From the IMG/VR virus record IMGVR_UViG_3300043394_000609: a stretch of 64,000 nucleotides of DNA. The stretch is one strand, 5' to 3'. The notes beneath the pieces are model-generated. The model saw nothing but the letters and a program-made list of their open reading frames with translations, was not told the DNA's origin and made no database searches. Of the stretch, positions 37,735 through 47,900 are shown one piece after another (within the stretch, counting starts at the first letter, position 1; each line of letters starts with the position of its first letter). Position numbers and translations under genes: made by a program. Source of the stretch: a virus. Taxonomy: Duplodnaviria > Caudoviricetes.

Positions 37735-39215
37735 TGCAAATAATTAGTATTGGGGTTGTTGTTGATATAAATGATCCAAGAGGTTTTGGTAGAATTAGAG
37801 CTAGGGACATTACGGAAACCGATAGTGCAAGAGCCGATGCAATTGCTAATTGGGAAAAATGGTCTAAAAATGACCCATTTGTTTATACCCCATTCTTACC
37901 TAACCATATTAACATTATACCACAGGTACAACAATCGGTAAAACTAATTCGTTATGATAATGAAAAGGACCTTCAAAACCAAGAATATGTTCCTGGACCA
38001 TATACTACGCCACATGATTTCTTGGGACAAGATCAGGAATCACAGTTAACTGAAACAACTTTTGGTGCTAGATCTAAAAAAACACCAGCAATCAAATCAT
38101 TTGGAACAAATCAGAAAGTTTATGATGATAATTACATAAGATCAGAATCGGTAGCAACATTACCAAAGTTAAATGATATCGCATTAAGTGGTAACTATGG
38201 ATCGGATTTAATTTTAACAGAACAGGGATTACAATTAAGAGCTGGTAAATTTATTGACAAATTCACCAATAATCCAAAATTAAAAGAAGATTTAAAACAC
38301 TACCCAACGTTATCTAAAAAACAAGCTAAAGTTTCTTTGAAGAAATTCCCAGAAACATTGAAACTTGATTATAAAGAAATTGAAGATTCTGTTATTGTTC
38401 GCGGCGATATCATGCACGTTTTCGAATATGACGTAGACGATATTACAAACCCACAAACATTAACATTTAAAATAACAAAGATCAATAGACCAGAAGGTGA
38501 TAATTATAAAACCGATATTTTTAACGTTAACACTGAAATATCAGATACGGTATCGACTGTTATTTATGAAACACCAATTACATTGTCTAGTGATAATAAA
38601 ATAAAAGAAGCGTATATTTTAATCAGGGATGCTATTTCAACACTAGATCGTGAAAAAATGAGTACATTTAGTAAGACATTACCGGATGTTGAATCTCACC
38701 CATTTTATTTTAGACCATCAAAAAATATTAGGTCATATAACGAATCGTCATCATTCTTACAAAATATCAATTATTTAGATAGAACAAATGGTTATGGTTT
38801 GGTTTTTTCTAAAAACTCATTAGAACCTGAAGTTAAACCTGAAATTAGAAAGGTGCCATATCTTAAAAAATTAAGTGATGTTGACCAAACATTTGCTGCT
38901 GTTACGTCTGATTTCATATTCAACATATCAACACAAGAACCTGGAATTGACGGTAAAAAAGTAAATTTCACGGCACTTGACAAATACGAATTTACACAAG
39001 AAGATTACATAATGAGAATTTTACCAAATACTTTCTCATCAGTACGTGGTGAAAAATTAATTGATTTATTAGAATTAATGGCTGCAATGCTATTAAATCA
39101 CACCCATGGTATTGCAACACCACCAAATTACTGGGAAGCTAGTAAAACAAGGATTGAGAAGTTAATTAATTCGGCTAGAACTGAAATGTTAAACAGGTCG
39201 GTCAGAATCAATTAA
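37734..39215 (+). CDS. Baseplate central spike / gp5-like OB-fold protein
   Basis: N-terminal GVVVDINDPRGFGRIR (gp5/VgrG OB-fold pattern) and C-terminal HTH (HxH metal-binding tip motif). Confidence 0.7.
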   Translation: MQIISIGVVVDINDPRGFGRIRARDITETDSARADAIANWEKWSKNDPFVYTPFLPNHINIIPQVQQSVKLIRYDNEKDLQNQEYVPGPYTTPHDFLGQDQESQLTETTFGARSKKTPAIKSFGTNQKVYDDNYIRSESVATLPKLNDIALSGNYGSDLILTEQGLQLRAGKFIDKFTNNPKLKEDLKHYPTLSKKQAKVSLKKFPETLKLDYKEIEDSVIVRGDIMHVFEYDVDDITNPQTLTFKITKINRPEGDNYKTDIFNVNTEISDTVSTVIYETPITLSSDNKIKEAYILIRDAISTLDREKMSTFSKTLPDVESHPFYFRPSKNIRSYNESSSFLQNINYLDRTNGYGLVFSKNSLEPEVKPEIRKVPYLKKLSDVDQTFAAVTSDFIFNISTQEPGIDGKKVNFTALDKYEFTQEDYIMRILPNTFSSVRGEKLIDLLELMAAMLLNHTHGIATPPNYWEASKTRIEKLINSARTEMLNRSVRIN

Positions 39216-39238
39216 TATGATATTTATTAAATAAAAAG

Positions 39239-40609
39239 ATGTCATATTTCCGTTCATATTTTGAGAAGAACAATACAATTTTAAAACAGTCTCAGGTTAA
39301 TACAGCAAAAAACCCTAATACTGAATTAATTTATGGTTCAACATTTTCTAAATTCATTTTTAAAGTTGACTTTAGTGATTTAAAATCAAAGGTTGATAAT
39401 GGTGATTTAATTGTTGATTCCAACACTAAACATTACTTAAAGATGACCAACACCATATTTGGTGATGAATCATTAAAAAGACAAAAAAACGGTAAAGGTC
39501 GAGATAGAACCTCATCATTCGATCTTATTGTGTTTAAAGTTACCGAATTTTGGGACGAGGGAGTTGGTTACGATTATGAAGATGAGGTTTATGATTTCAC
39601 TAGTGGTAATAATACATTTAACGAAAGACCTTCTAACTGGTTTAATCGAACTACATTAGATGCTTGGGCTAGTTCTGGTATTTATAGCAATTCACCAATT
39701 ATATTAGACACTGTTCATTTTGATAATGGTAATGAAGACTTAGTTGCAGATATAACAGATTATGTTAATTCAATTTTATCCGGAGCAACTAATCATGGTT
39801 TAGGGATTGCGTTTGCCCCTTTATATGAAAATATAACAAGTGAGGTCGATCAATCGGTTGCGTTTTTCACAAAATACACACAAACATTTTTCGAACCTTT
39901 TGTTGAATCAGTTTTTGATGATACAATTCTTGATAATAGACAAAATTTCACAGCTGAAATGGGACAATCATTATATCTATACGTAACCAAAGGTTCAAAC
40001 TTTTACGATTTAGACGAACTACCAACAGTTGATATCACAGATTCATCTGGAAACCTTATTGGCGATTTAAATGACATTACAGCGACTAAAATACGTAAAG
40101 GGGTATACTCGGTTAATTTTGGATTAACAGGGGCTGTATGTGACGGAAAACGCTTCTATTATGATAAATGGAAAGGATTATCATTAAATAATATAACAAT
40201 ACCGGATGTTACTCAGAAATTTGTTCCAAAACCATATACTAGCAATTTCACTATTGGTGAAAACGTAAAAGAATTAGATAGATATGCAATTCAATTTTTT
40301 GGTGTTAAATTAAATGAAAAAATTAAACGAGGTGAAGCTAGAAAAATTGTGGTTTCTTTTAGATCAATTAATAACCCAAGAACAGAATTATTTGAAGAGG
40401 TATATTATAGAATCTACATTAAAGAAGGTTTGACTAACGTAAATGTATTTGATTGGACTAAATTAGATGTGACAAATGAAAACTCATTTATGCTTAATAC
40501 AGAATACTTAATCCCTAGAGAATATTTTATTGAGATTAAAGGGAAATCTCACGGTGAAGAAATATTCTATAATGACGTAATAAAATTTGAAATATTGTCT
40601 GAAAAATAA
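39239..40609 (+). CDS. Virion structural protein (DNRLRE-like beta domain)
   Basis: 'WDEGVG', 'DITDYV......N.GL.I' and 'FF.K.T....P' patterns; late motif upstream. Confidence 0.5.
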   Translation: MSYFRSYFEKNNTILKQSQVNTAKNPNTELIYGSTFSKFIFKVDFSDLKSKVDNGDLIVDSNTKHYLKMTNTIFGDESLKRQKNGKGRDRTSSFDLIVFKVTEFWDEGVGYDYEDEVYDFTSGNNTFNERPSNWFNRTTLDAWASSGIYSNSPIILDTVHFDNGNEDLVADITDYVNSILSGATNHGLGIAFAPLYENITSEVDQSVAFFTKYTQTFFEPFVESVFDDTILDNRQNFTAEMGQSLYLYVTKGSNFYDLDELPTVDITDSSGNLIGDLNDITATKIRKGVYSVNFGLTGAVCDGKRFYYDKWKGLSLNNITIPDVTQKFVPKPYTSNFTIGENVKELDRYAIQFFGVKLNEKIKRGEARKIVVSFRSINNPRTELFEEVYYRIYIKEGLTNVNVFDWTKLDVTNENSFMLNTEYLIPREYFIEIKGKSHGEEIFYNDVIKFEILSEK

Positions 40610-40623
40610 TTATATTTATTAAT

Positions 40624-41148
40624 ATGAAACTAGAAGAAATTATAAAAAAAGGTCTAAGACAAATTGTTTTAGAAAATGAAAAAACAGAAAACTACATGTT
40701 TTTTAGTAATTTAAAACAAATACATAGACAATGTGAAATGTTATTAAAAATGGACCCTAATAAATTAGATTCTATTATTAAAAATGGTCATGATTGGGCA
40801 GATGATCATGTATCTGAAGCAAAAAATAATATGGACCAAGTATTTGATTTCTTCATGAACGAAACTAAGCCAGATGTTAATATGGTACAAAGTAATGATT
40901 TAAACGAATCATCAGCATCAGCTAAACAAGCAGCTATCGCAATTAACATGAAAAAAAAGGGTATAACCCCCAAAGATTCAAAAGAAGAAATTGACGAAAG
41001 TAAAAATTGCCCTACCGACCCAGCAAAATGGGCAGCATCTAAAGCTAAAGCTAAAAGAAAATTTGACGTCTACCCTTCCGCTTACGCAAATGGGTTCGCG
41101 GCAAAAGATTATAAAGCTAAAGGTGGTGGTTGGAAAAAATGTAAATAA
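40624..41148 (+). CDS. Basic protein with DUF5872-like C-terminal module
   Basis: KAKAKRKFDVYPSAYANG....YKAKGGGW; N-terminal 'IVLE' leader; late motif upstream. Confidence 0.6.
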   Translation: MKLEEIIKKGLRQIVLENEKTENYMFFSNLKQIHRQCEMLLKMDPNKLDSIIKNGHDWADDHVSEAKNNMDQVFDFFMNETKPDVNMVQSNDLNESSASAKQAAIAINMKKKGITPKDSKEEIDESKNCPTDPAKWAASKAKAKRKFDVYPSAYANGFAAKDYKAKGGGWKKCK

Positions 41149-41149
41149 C

Positions 41150-42016
41150 ATGAAAATTATAATATCAAAAGAAGATAAAAAATATATTGAAGAGTCTATT
41201 AAATCTGGTGAAGTTTTAAAAGAAGATCTTAGAAGATGGTTTAAAGAAAAGTGGGTAGATGTTTCTAAGAAAGTAGATGGTAAACATCCACCATGTGGTA
41301 GAAAAGATGCCGATGGTAAATCATATCCAAAATGTCGACCATCTAAAAAAGTTTCAAAAGAAACGCCTAAAATATCTTCTTCCTATGATAAGAAAGAAAA
41401 AAAATCAATGACTTCTCAAAAAAGAAGAGCAGAAAAAAAAGAACCTAAATCAGGTAAAGGTAACAAACCAACAATGACTTACTTTGATGAAAATAAAATC
41501 AATGACACTAAAATAGTTTGTAAAAATTGTAATTGGTCTTGGAAATTATCTGATGGTGGAAATGACCCTTATATCTGCCATAAATGTGGACATAATAACG
41601 AAACTATGAAAGAATCAACTAAAAAAACAATTATTATATCTGAATCTCAATTTGATAGATTATTCAAATATAACGAAGAAACCCCGGTAATGGTTTATGA
41701 AGATGAGTTTGGTTCAGTTCAAATGACTAATTATGTTGTTGACAATGTACTTAATGAAGCTGAATATCAAGGTCGTAAAGTTCAACTTGGTAAAATTATG
41801 CAAGGTGACATTAAGAAATTTAAAGTTTATGTTAAAAACGATAAAGGTAAAGTTGTTAAAGTAAACTTTGGTTTTGGTGGTAAATCAGCCAAAGGTAAAC
41901 GAATGGTGATTAAAAAAAATAACCCGGCTAGACGTAAATCATTTAGAGCACGTATGAACTGTGATAATCCCGGCCCAAGATGGAAACCTAGATATTGGGC
42001 GTGTAAAACTTGGTAA
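41150..42016 (+). CDS. Basic Cys-rich multimodule protein (LRRWFKEKWVD module, Zn ribbon, RRKSFRAR..C module)
   Basis: Likely start at ATG 41150; CKNC...CHKC Zn ribbon; C-terminal RRKSFRARMNC...RYWAC..W. Confidence 0.65.
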   Translation: MKIIISKEDKKYIEESIKSGEVLKEDLRRWFKEKWVDVSKKVDGKHPPCGRKDADGKSYPKCRPSKKVSKETPKISSSYDKKEKKSMTSQKRRAEKKEPKSGKGNKPTMTYFDENKINDTKIVCKNCNWSWKLSDGGNDPYICHKCGHNNETMKESTKKTIIISESQFDRLFKYNEETPVMVYEDEFGSVQMTNYVVDNVLNEAEYQGRKVQLGKIMQGDIKKFKVYVKNDKGKVVKVNFGFGGKSAKGKRMVIKKNNPARRKSFRARMNCDNPGPRWKPRYWACKTW

Positions 42017-42017
42017 T

Positions 42018-42491
42018 ATGAAATTTTTAGATATACTACTAGAACGTTATGAAGATGATTATGGATATAGAGATGAATCTTTAGATAACAGAGATCGTAA
42101 GTTCGTTTGTTATACATCTGGTGAATACACTATTGTAAATGATCCGACAACAAATACCATTTATGGGGTCAGAACAGAAAATATTGATAGTGACTATGAA
42201 TATGGTGCTTATGAATGGGAATCTGAAGAAGATTATGATAGAGATGATGAGGGTTATTCTTCAATAACAACGAACCATTTTAAAGAATTCAACGATACTG
42301 AATTAGATCCGGAAGGCATTGCATTTTTTGTTGAAGATTCTTTAGAAGATTGTACTGACGATCTGGATAAATTTGAAAATGGAAACAATGACATTGTTAG
42401 ATTAACAAAAGAAAACAAAAAAGCATTTTATGAATTTTTTCATGATGAAATACATGATTATATAGATTCATCAAATCAGAAAAATGGTTAG
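42018..42491 (+). CDS. Hypothetical acidic protein
   Basis: Likely start at ATG 42018 (MKFLDILLE); very D/E/Y-rich. Confidence 0.55.
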   Translation: MKFLDILLERYEDDYGYRDESLDNRDRKFVCYTSGEYTIVNDPTTNTIYGVRTENIDSDYEYGAYEWESEEDYDRDDEGYSSITTNHFKEFNDTELDPEGIAFFVEDSLEDCTDDLDKFENGNNDIVRLTKENKKAFYEFFHDEIHDYIDSSNQKNG

Positions 42492-42799
42492 ATAAATTTT
42501 TGTTTAACCCAATACTCAACACGGAAGTTACAATACCTATTAAGGTTTTTAGCTTCCTTTTTTTCTATCATCTTACTAACTTGCATTAAATGATCTCTAT
42601 TTTTAATGTCTATTCCAACAATATATCCAGTGCCATCTTTTATATATGTTGTTTCTCGAATATATTTACCACTATCGTCTAATTTAAGGTAACTAATGAT
42701 CTCATTTTGTCTTGGTTTACACTCAATCCCCCTATCGTCCATTAGTCTTAATAGAACGTCTAAACGTAATTTTTCATATATGATTTCTTTTTCTGCCAT
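42488..42799 (-). CDS. Small protein with an N-terminal SAP/HeH-like motif
   Basis: YEKLRLDVLLRLMDDRGI......EII..L; has its own host-type promoter. Confidence 0.5.
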   Translation of the reverse strand: MAEKEIIYEKLRLDVLLRLMDDRGIECKPRQNEIISYLKLDDSGKYIRETTYIKDGTGYIVGIDIKNRDHLMQVSKMIEKKEAKNLNRYCNFRVEYWVKQKFI

Positions 42800-42803
42800 G
42801 TTG

Positions 42804-42834
42804 CAAATATAATTATTTTTTTATTTTATACAAA
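42804..42834 (-). promoter_or_regulatory. Bacteroidota-type sigma promoter
   Basis: Exact TTTG-N19-TATATTTG on the minus strand, 4 nt before ATG 42799. Confidence 0.7.
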
Positions 42835-42841
42835 AACAAAA

Positions 42842-42863
42842 AACCCCAGATTTCTCTGGGGTT
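42842..42863 (-). terminator. Intrinsic terminator after major capsid gene
   Basis: AACCCCAGA-GAAA-TCTGGGGTT followed by a T run. Confidence 0.85.
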
Positions 42864-42885
42864 CTTTTATTACCGATAATTAAGA

Positions 42886-44604
42886 TTATCTTAATGTATC
42901 CAAACCAAATGTAGTAAGACCTTTTACAGTGATAGTTGCGAAGTAACGGTTGTTTACCATTTTCTTTGCGTATCTTGTCATGATACCTTTGATTGGAGTC
43001 ATGTTGAAAGGGTTATACATTGTTGGAGTCAATTGTAAAGGTACATATGGTGCGTAGATATAACCAGCGTCCAATAATGATTTACCTTTGTGTCCAATTA
43101 ACACTTTTCCAGCTGGGAAGTAAGGATCACGATATACTTGATATCTTCCAGCAAGTGTACCAATTTTCTCGATACCCATGTTGTATGAATCTTGTTCAGC
43201 ACCAGCGTTAGATACGTGGAAGTACTCTAAGTCATCGAATACTGCAGAAACTTCTGAAGAAACAACGATCCAGTTAGCACCACCTCTTAATGTAGTTTTG
43301 TGGATTTGTGCAGACAATTGGTTGATTTTAGTAACCAATGTTTGGTTCCAGTCTTTTTGAGTATACCCAACGAATGAAGCACCTTGATTACCATATTTCC
43401 ACTCATTGTAATCCCATTTAAGATTCCAAGCAGCACCTTTACGTAAGTCACGTAAAATCTCACGGTCAATCTCTGCAGCAACTTGCTCAGATAATAAAGC
43501 TGTTAATTCAGCTTCAGCATCGATGTTGTGGAATGCAGAAACGTCTTGAGCTAATTCAGGAGACCAGCTAGCTCTTAATTTTCTTTCAGTTACAGAAACA
43601 GTAACAGAAGCTAAGTCGAAAGAAACCTCACCGATTTCGTCTTCAAACTCTAAATCTTCGTATACTCTGTAAGTTACTGCTAAATCGTCAGCTGTAAAAC
43701 CAGTTGGGATTTCGAAATCAGCAAATCCAGAAGTTGAAGAGTAAGATTGCATATCTACACGTAAGTATAAAACACCATCTTCATCACAGATATCTGTGTA
43801 TTTACCACCTGGTCCTGTAGCAGGGAAAGTAGTAGTAGCTTTAGCTCCGTATTCAACAATACCTTTACCGTATTTTTGAGTTACGATTGTAAAGTCACGT
43901 GCAATACCAGCGTAAGAAACTGCTAAAGAAGCTAAGAACTCTTCAGTATCCATTTCATTACCGTTTGGTCCGATTAATTTACCTTGACCATTTTTAGTGA
44001 AACCAGATACTTTCAAGATTACTTCTGAAATATCATCATCACCATTTGAATAAGTTACTGTTTCAACAGAACCATTCGAGAATGCAACGAATGCTGCACC
44101 AGCTTTAGTAACTCCACTGTAAGCACCTTTTGAGTAATCAAAGATACCTTGGTCAGCAGCGTCAGAACCTTCGTAGAATCTGTCATAAAGACTTCTTCCG
44201 TCAAATCCGTTGTTAGTTGTGTCTCCGTTTGGTGAACCGTAAGGAGTGTAGTGATTACCACTGTTTCTATCTTGGATTTTAGGTATGAAGTAGAACAATT
44301 TACCGATAGGTAAGTTCATTGCTTGTACAGATACGATGTCGTTAGCTAATAATTTAGAGAAAACACGACGGATGATTGGGAAAACAACAGTCTCGAAAGA
44401 ACCAGATGCATCAGCTACTGCTGCTTCATTGATTAAGTAAGACGCTTGGTTTTCATACAATTGCGCGATGTTATCTTTTTGGTGACCGTCAAGGTTTTCT
44501 AAGAAACCTAAGTCATCCCATTTTTTGATGGTATCTTCTTTGATAACTCTAAGGTGTTTTAACCCGATGTTACCTACCATACCTGATTCTAATAATGCTC
44601 CCAT
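42886..44604 (-). CDS. Major capsid protein (T4 gp23-like)
   Basis: VSVQAM..P.G..F, RKLRASWSPELAQD, DAEAEL...LS....AEIDRE, YAPYVPL and GIMTRY motifs. Confidence 0.97.
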   Translation of the reverse strand: MGALLESGMVGNIGLKHLRVIKEDTIKKWDDLGFLENLDGHQKDNIAQLYENQASYLINEAAVADASGSFETVVFPIIRRVFSKLLANDIVSVQAMNLPIGKLFYFIPKIQDRNSGNHYTPYGSPNGDTTNNGFDGRSLYDRFYEGSDAADQGIFDYSKGAYSGVTKAGAAFVAFSNGSVETVTYSNGDDDISEVILKVSGFTKNGQGKLIGPNGNEMDTEEFLASLAVSYAGIARDFTIVTQKYGKGIVEYGAKATTTFPATGPGGKYTDICDEDGVLYLRVDMQSYSSTSGFADFEIPTGFTADDLAVTYRVYEDLEFEDEIGEVSFDLASVTVSVTERKLRASWSPELAQDVSAFHNIDAEAELTALLSEQVAAEIDREILRDLRKGAAWNLKWDYNEWKYGNQGASFVGYTQKDWNQTLVTKINQLSAQIHKTTLRGGANWIVVSSEVSAVFDDLEYFHVSNAGAEQDSYNMGIEKIGTLAGRYQVYRDPYFPAGKVLIGHKGKSLLDAGYIYAPYVPLQLTPTMYNPFNMTPIKGIMTRYAKKMVNNRYFATITVKGLTTFGLDTLR

Positions 44605-44640
44605 TTTTGAATATTTGTTTTTTGGTTTTTGTTTTATTTA

Positions 44641-45807
44641 TTATTTCATTTTTTTCATCAATTCTTTCATTCTTGAAAATTGAGGTGCTTCGTAAACTTT
44701 TGATTCAGATAACACTTCGCTAGAAGAACTAGATGGAGTTGATGCAATTTTGTTCGCTACAGATTCTGTGACTGGATTTTTAGTGTCTAAATCTGTTTTG
44801 ATTGTATTGTAAAGATTTTTTGATTCTGTTATTGTAGTAATATTGTCGAATCTTTTTAAGATATTCAATTTCTCAGCTTTAGTAGTTGAATGTTCAGTGA
44901 ACAATCTAGTAGCATATGCCAAGTTAGCATTGAATACAGCAACTTCATTAAGTTTATCTTTAAATAAAACTAATGCTTTTTTATATTCCGCATTTTGTTT
45001 CTTTAATTTAGATACTTCTTCATTAATTGCTTCGTTTTTTCCGTTGCTTCCTGCTTTGAATTGTGTTCCACCGTTTCCTTTTTTGTGGAAAGCGAATGTA
45101 CGAGCAGATTCACCCATTTCTTCTTCTGAAGGCTCGTCAGACATTTCGTCTTCGTCTTCTTCGTCTAAGTCAATTTCGTAAACCTCTTCATCACTTACTT
45201 CATCGTCAGCTGCTGGGAATTCTTCTTCAGATAAATCAGCCCCAAAATCTTCATCAGATTCTTCTGCATCATCACCTAATTTAATGATGTAGTCATCATC
45301 CTCATCTTTAAGTTCGATGTTGTTTCCGTCTTTTTTAACTACGATACCATCTTCGTCAGACATTGCTTTAAATACTTTCAACACCTCTTCATCAGAAGCA
45401 TCAGTCATATCTAACATATCGTCATCAGAATCCATGTCATCTTCGTCATCCATTGACGCGAAATCATCGTCCATTGCTGGTTCTTCATCTTCAGCTTCGC
45501 CTTCAGCGTCTTCTTCAGATTCGTCACCATCGATGTCTTTGAATGGTTCATCATTTATCGAGGTCTCGTCATCGTTTTCTTCTGCATCTGCTTCATCAGC
45601 ATCAGCGTCAGACATACCGTCTTCTTCCTCTTCGCCAGGGATTGGTTGTTCAGCAACCTCTTCCTCTTCTTCCATACTTTCTTTAAGCAAGTCATTTAGT
45701 TCTTGTTTCATTGTTGAAGCAAGTATACCTTTTGCATTTTGCTTTACTGCTTCCTCAAGGGTTTGTACTTGAAGTAACGCTTGTTCTAAAATGGATTTTT
45801 CGCTCAT
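44641..45807 (-). CDS. Prohead core/scaffold protein (T4 gp22-like)
   Basis: Highly acidic, lies between protease and capsid genes, has many (I/L/V)xE sites and ends FSRMKELMKKMK. Confidence 0.8.
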   Translation of the reverse strand: MSEKSILEQALLQVQTLEEAVKQNAKGILASTMKQELNDLLKESMEEEEEVAEQPIPGEEEEDGMSDADADEADAEENDDETSINDEPFKDIDGDESEEDAEGEAEDEEPAMDDDFASMDDEDDMDSDDDMLDMTDASDEEVLKVFKAMSDEDGIVVKKDGNNIELKDEDDDYIIKLGDDAEESDEDFGADLSEEEFPAADDEVSDEEVYEIDLDEEDEDEMSDEPSEEEMGESARTFAFHKKGNGGTQFKAGSNGKNEAINEEVSKLKKQNAEYKKALVLFKDKLNEVAVFNANLAYATRLFTEHSTTKAEKLNILKRFDNITTITESKNLYNTIKTDLDTKNPVTESVANKIASTPSSSSSEVLSESKVYEAPQFSRMKELMKKMK

Positions 45808-45898
45808 TTAATTATTTGATTTACTATATAAATATGTGCATTATTTAAAAAAACCTAGTTTTTGATATTATAAAAGCTAAATAATTTTATTTTTTTAA

Positions 45899-46582
45899 TT
45901 ATTTTGAAAGGAATGAGTCAAATTTACCCATTAATCTTTTCATTTTATCTTCCATAACTGGCTTTTCTTCAATGTGTTCGTTGTATTTGTCCTTGTCATT
46001 AAGGTCTTGGAATACATATGCTCCAGGAGTTGATGGTGAAGAAACTAAATCAAAACAAACTAATTCAAAATCATCTTGTACGATGTTTTGACCCCTAACT
46101 TGTTTTAATGATCCTACCCCTCTAGATGATATTCCTAATGTAACACCATTCATGATTAACATAGCGGCTTGATCACCTTTGCAACTAACAATACCCATTT
46201 TTCTCCAACCTGGTGAAGTAAGTATTTTTAGTTTACCCATTAAGGTTTTACCTTCCCACCATGTTTCGGTGATTACGTGAGATACACGATCTAAATCTAT
46301 AAGTGATGATGATGGGTGGTTTAATTCATTTAAAGCCGACCCTTTTTTAATTACTTCTTGATACTTTTGATCTTCCCTCTTTAAAAGAGATTCAGGATAG
46401 ATTCTACCGTTTTTATTTGGTGTATCATATTTTTGTAAGACAGCGTAAAGAATAAGATCCTCAGATGAATCTATATTCTTCATTTCGCTAATAATGTGTT
46501 GGTTATCTGATGGGGAGATATGACCAGCGTCATATTCAATTAATATCCCTTTTCCAGTTTCGTTAGGTCCCAGTATTTTCAT
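45899..46582 (-). CDS. Prohead protease (T4 gp21-like)
   Basis: NKNGRIYP, ELNHP, VSH, LGISSRG.GS and DLVSSPSTPGA motifs. Confidence 0.95.
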   Translation of the reverse strand: MKILGPNETGKGILIEYDAGHISPSDNQHIISEMKNIDSSEDLILYAVLQKYDTPNKNGRIYPESLLKREDQKYQEVIKKGSALNELNHPSSSLIDLDRVSHVITETWWEGKTLMGKLKILTSPGWRKMGIVSCKGDQAAMLIMNGVTLGISSRGVGSLKQVRGQNIVQDDFELVCFDLVSSPSTPGAYVFQDLNDKDKYNEHIEEKPVMEDKMKRLMGKFDSFLSK

Positions 46583-46622
46583 TTATAACTTTTGTATTCA
46601 TATAAATACTGGGACTTTTAAA

Positions 46623-47051
46623 TCAAATCTTAGTTTTGTTAAAATTAAATAAGGATTTATCAATTAAACATGAATCAATTGTGTTATTTACTGTGTTTTT
46701 CAATAAAGTTTTAACTTCATTTGATTTAACATCAAAAAATTTATCGACAAATAATGTTATCTCTAAATTCATAAACGATCTTTTATTCATTTTAATCCCT
46801 TTAGTTCTAATATCTAAATCAACAATTGTTTCTTTTTTAAAAAAACCTTGCAAATCGTGGTTTCTAAGGTGGTCTTTAATTTTTTTTCTTGTCTTCGAAA
46901 TTACTTTTTCAAAATCAATATCTTCTTCTTGGGGTTCAACCCATGCATTCATTTTAATGTATACGGTTTTAAGATTTTTAAAATCTACGGTACCATAACC
47001 TACCTTAACTTCTTTGTGATTTCCTAAAGGGATGTATTTTCCACTTTTCAT
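46623..47051 (-). CDS. Hypothetical protein
   Basis: Open ORF in the head cluster; no recognised motif. Confidence 0.6.
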   Translation of the reverse strand: MKSGKYIPLGNHKEVKVGYGTVDFKNLKTVYIKMNAWVEPQEEDIDFEKVISKTRKKIKDHLRNHDLQGFFKKETIVDLDIRTKGIKMNKRSFMNLEITLFVDKFFDVKSNEVKTLLKNTVNNTIDSCLIDKSLFNFNKTKI

Positions 47052-47148
47052 TAATTAATTTCATTATTACTAAATTTATGGTGTAATCTAATATAATGAA
47101 AAAACCTGGTAATACCAAAATTTATATGAGTTATTTGGGTAAAAAAAA

Positions 47149-47168
47149 GGTCTAGATTATTCTAGACC
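47149..47168 (-). terminator. Intrinsic terminator overlapping the stop of 47157..47897
   Basis: GGTCTAGA-ATAA-TCTAGACC followed by T8 on the minus strand. Confidence 0.7.
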
Positions 47169-47897
47169 GTTTTCTAATTGCTTTAAACGATAATAATTAA
47201 ACTTCGTTGGATTCATGTCATCCATTTCCCTTTTAACATCGTTTAGTTTAGTTTTAAATTCATCATCTGTTGATTCTGATAATAACCCGTCAACTTTGTT
47301 ATTTAAACTTTCTTTTAAGTTTTTCATTTGACCAATGATATCATCATCGGTTAATGATATAATGCTTTTTAGTTCTTCTTTTTGTTCTTCATTTAATGTA
47401 TTATTATAAAGTACATTAAAATTGTTTGCCAATACCGCATGTAATAAACTTTCATTTACCGCAAAGTTTTCAGTGCCTCTTTCTTCAACTTGTTTTTTTG
47501 TTGTTAAATGTTCAACTAGTTTTTTCTTAGCAATAACCTTCTTATCGATGTTGTTTAAGTTATCTTCTTCCAATAACTGATCGATTGAATCATATAATTC
47601 ATTCTCATCAATCTGAGTGTCATAAACAGACATGTTTACTACTTCACAAAAACTTTTTACTTTACTTGCTTTTTCTTTTAAAATGTTACCAATTTCTTCA
47701 ACATATAATTTGGCAACTTCTTTATCATCGAAATATTTGTTTTCAATTTCTTCATAGAATACAAACATCTCCTTAAAGTCTTTATTCTTTTTAACTACCT
47801 TTAGTAGGTTTCTTGTATTTTGTTTAAATGTCCCTTGCTCGTAAGCTTCGGTTAATTTCTTTAATAGTTTAGATTTAATCTTCCCAAAATTGTTCAT
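47157..47897 (-). CDS. Hypothetical head-morphogenesis protein
   Basis: Helical and charged; directly downstream of the portal gene. Confidence 0.6.
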   Translation of the reverse strand: MNNFGKIKSKLLKKLTEAYEQGTFKQNTRNLLKVVKKNKDFKEMFVFYEEIENKYFDDKEVAKLYVEEIGNILKEKASKVKSFCEVVNMSVYDTQIDENELYDSIDQLLEEDNLNNIDKKVIAKKKLVEHLTTKKQVEERGTENFAVNESLLHAVLANNFNVLYNNTLNEEQKEELKSIISLTDDDIIGQMKNLKESLNNKVDGLLSESTDDEFKTKLNDVKREMDDMNPTKFNYYRLKQLENGLE

Positions 47898-47900
47898 TTG

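Noticed and set aside
40991-41149. Long upstream extensions given by the ORF track (also 10339, 24756, 26650, 27672, 29518, 41961, 51593)
   Set aside because: They overlap neighbouring genes, regulatory motifs or terminators; downstream ATGs fit the gene packing and motif spacing better.
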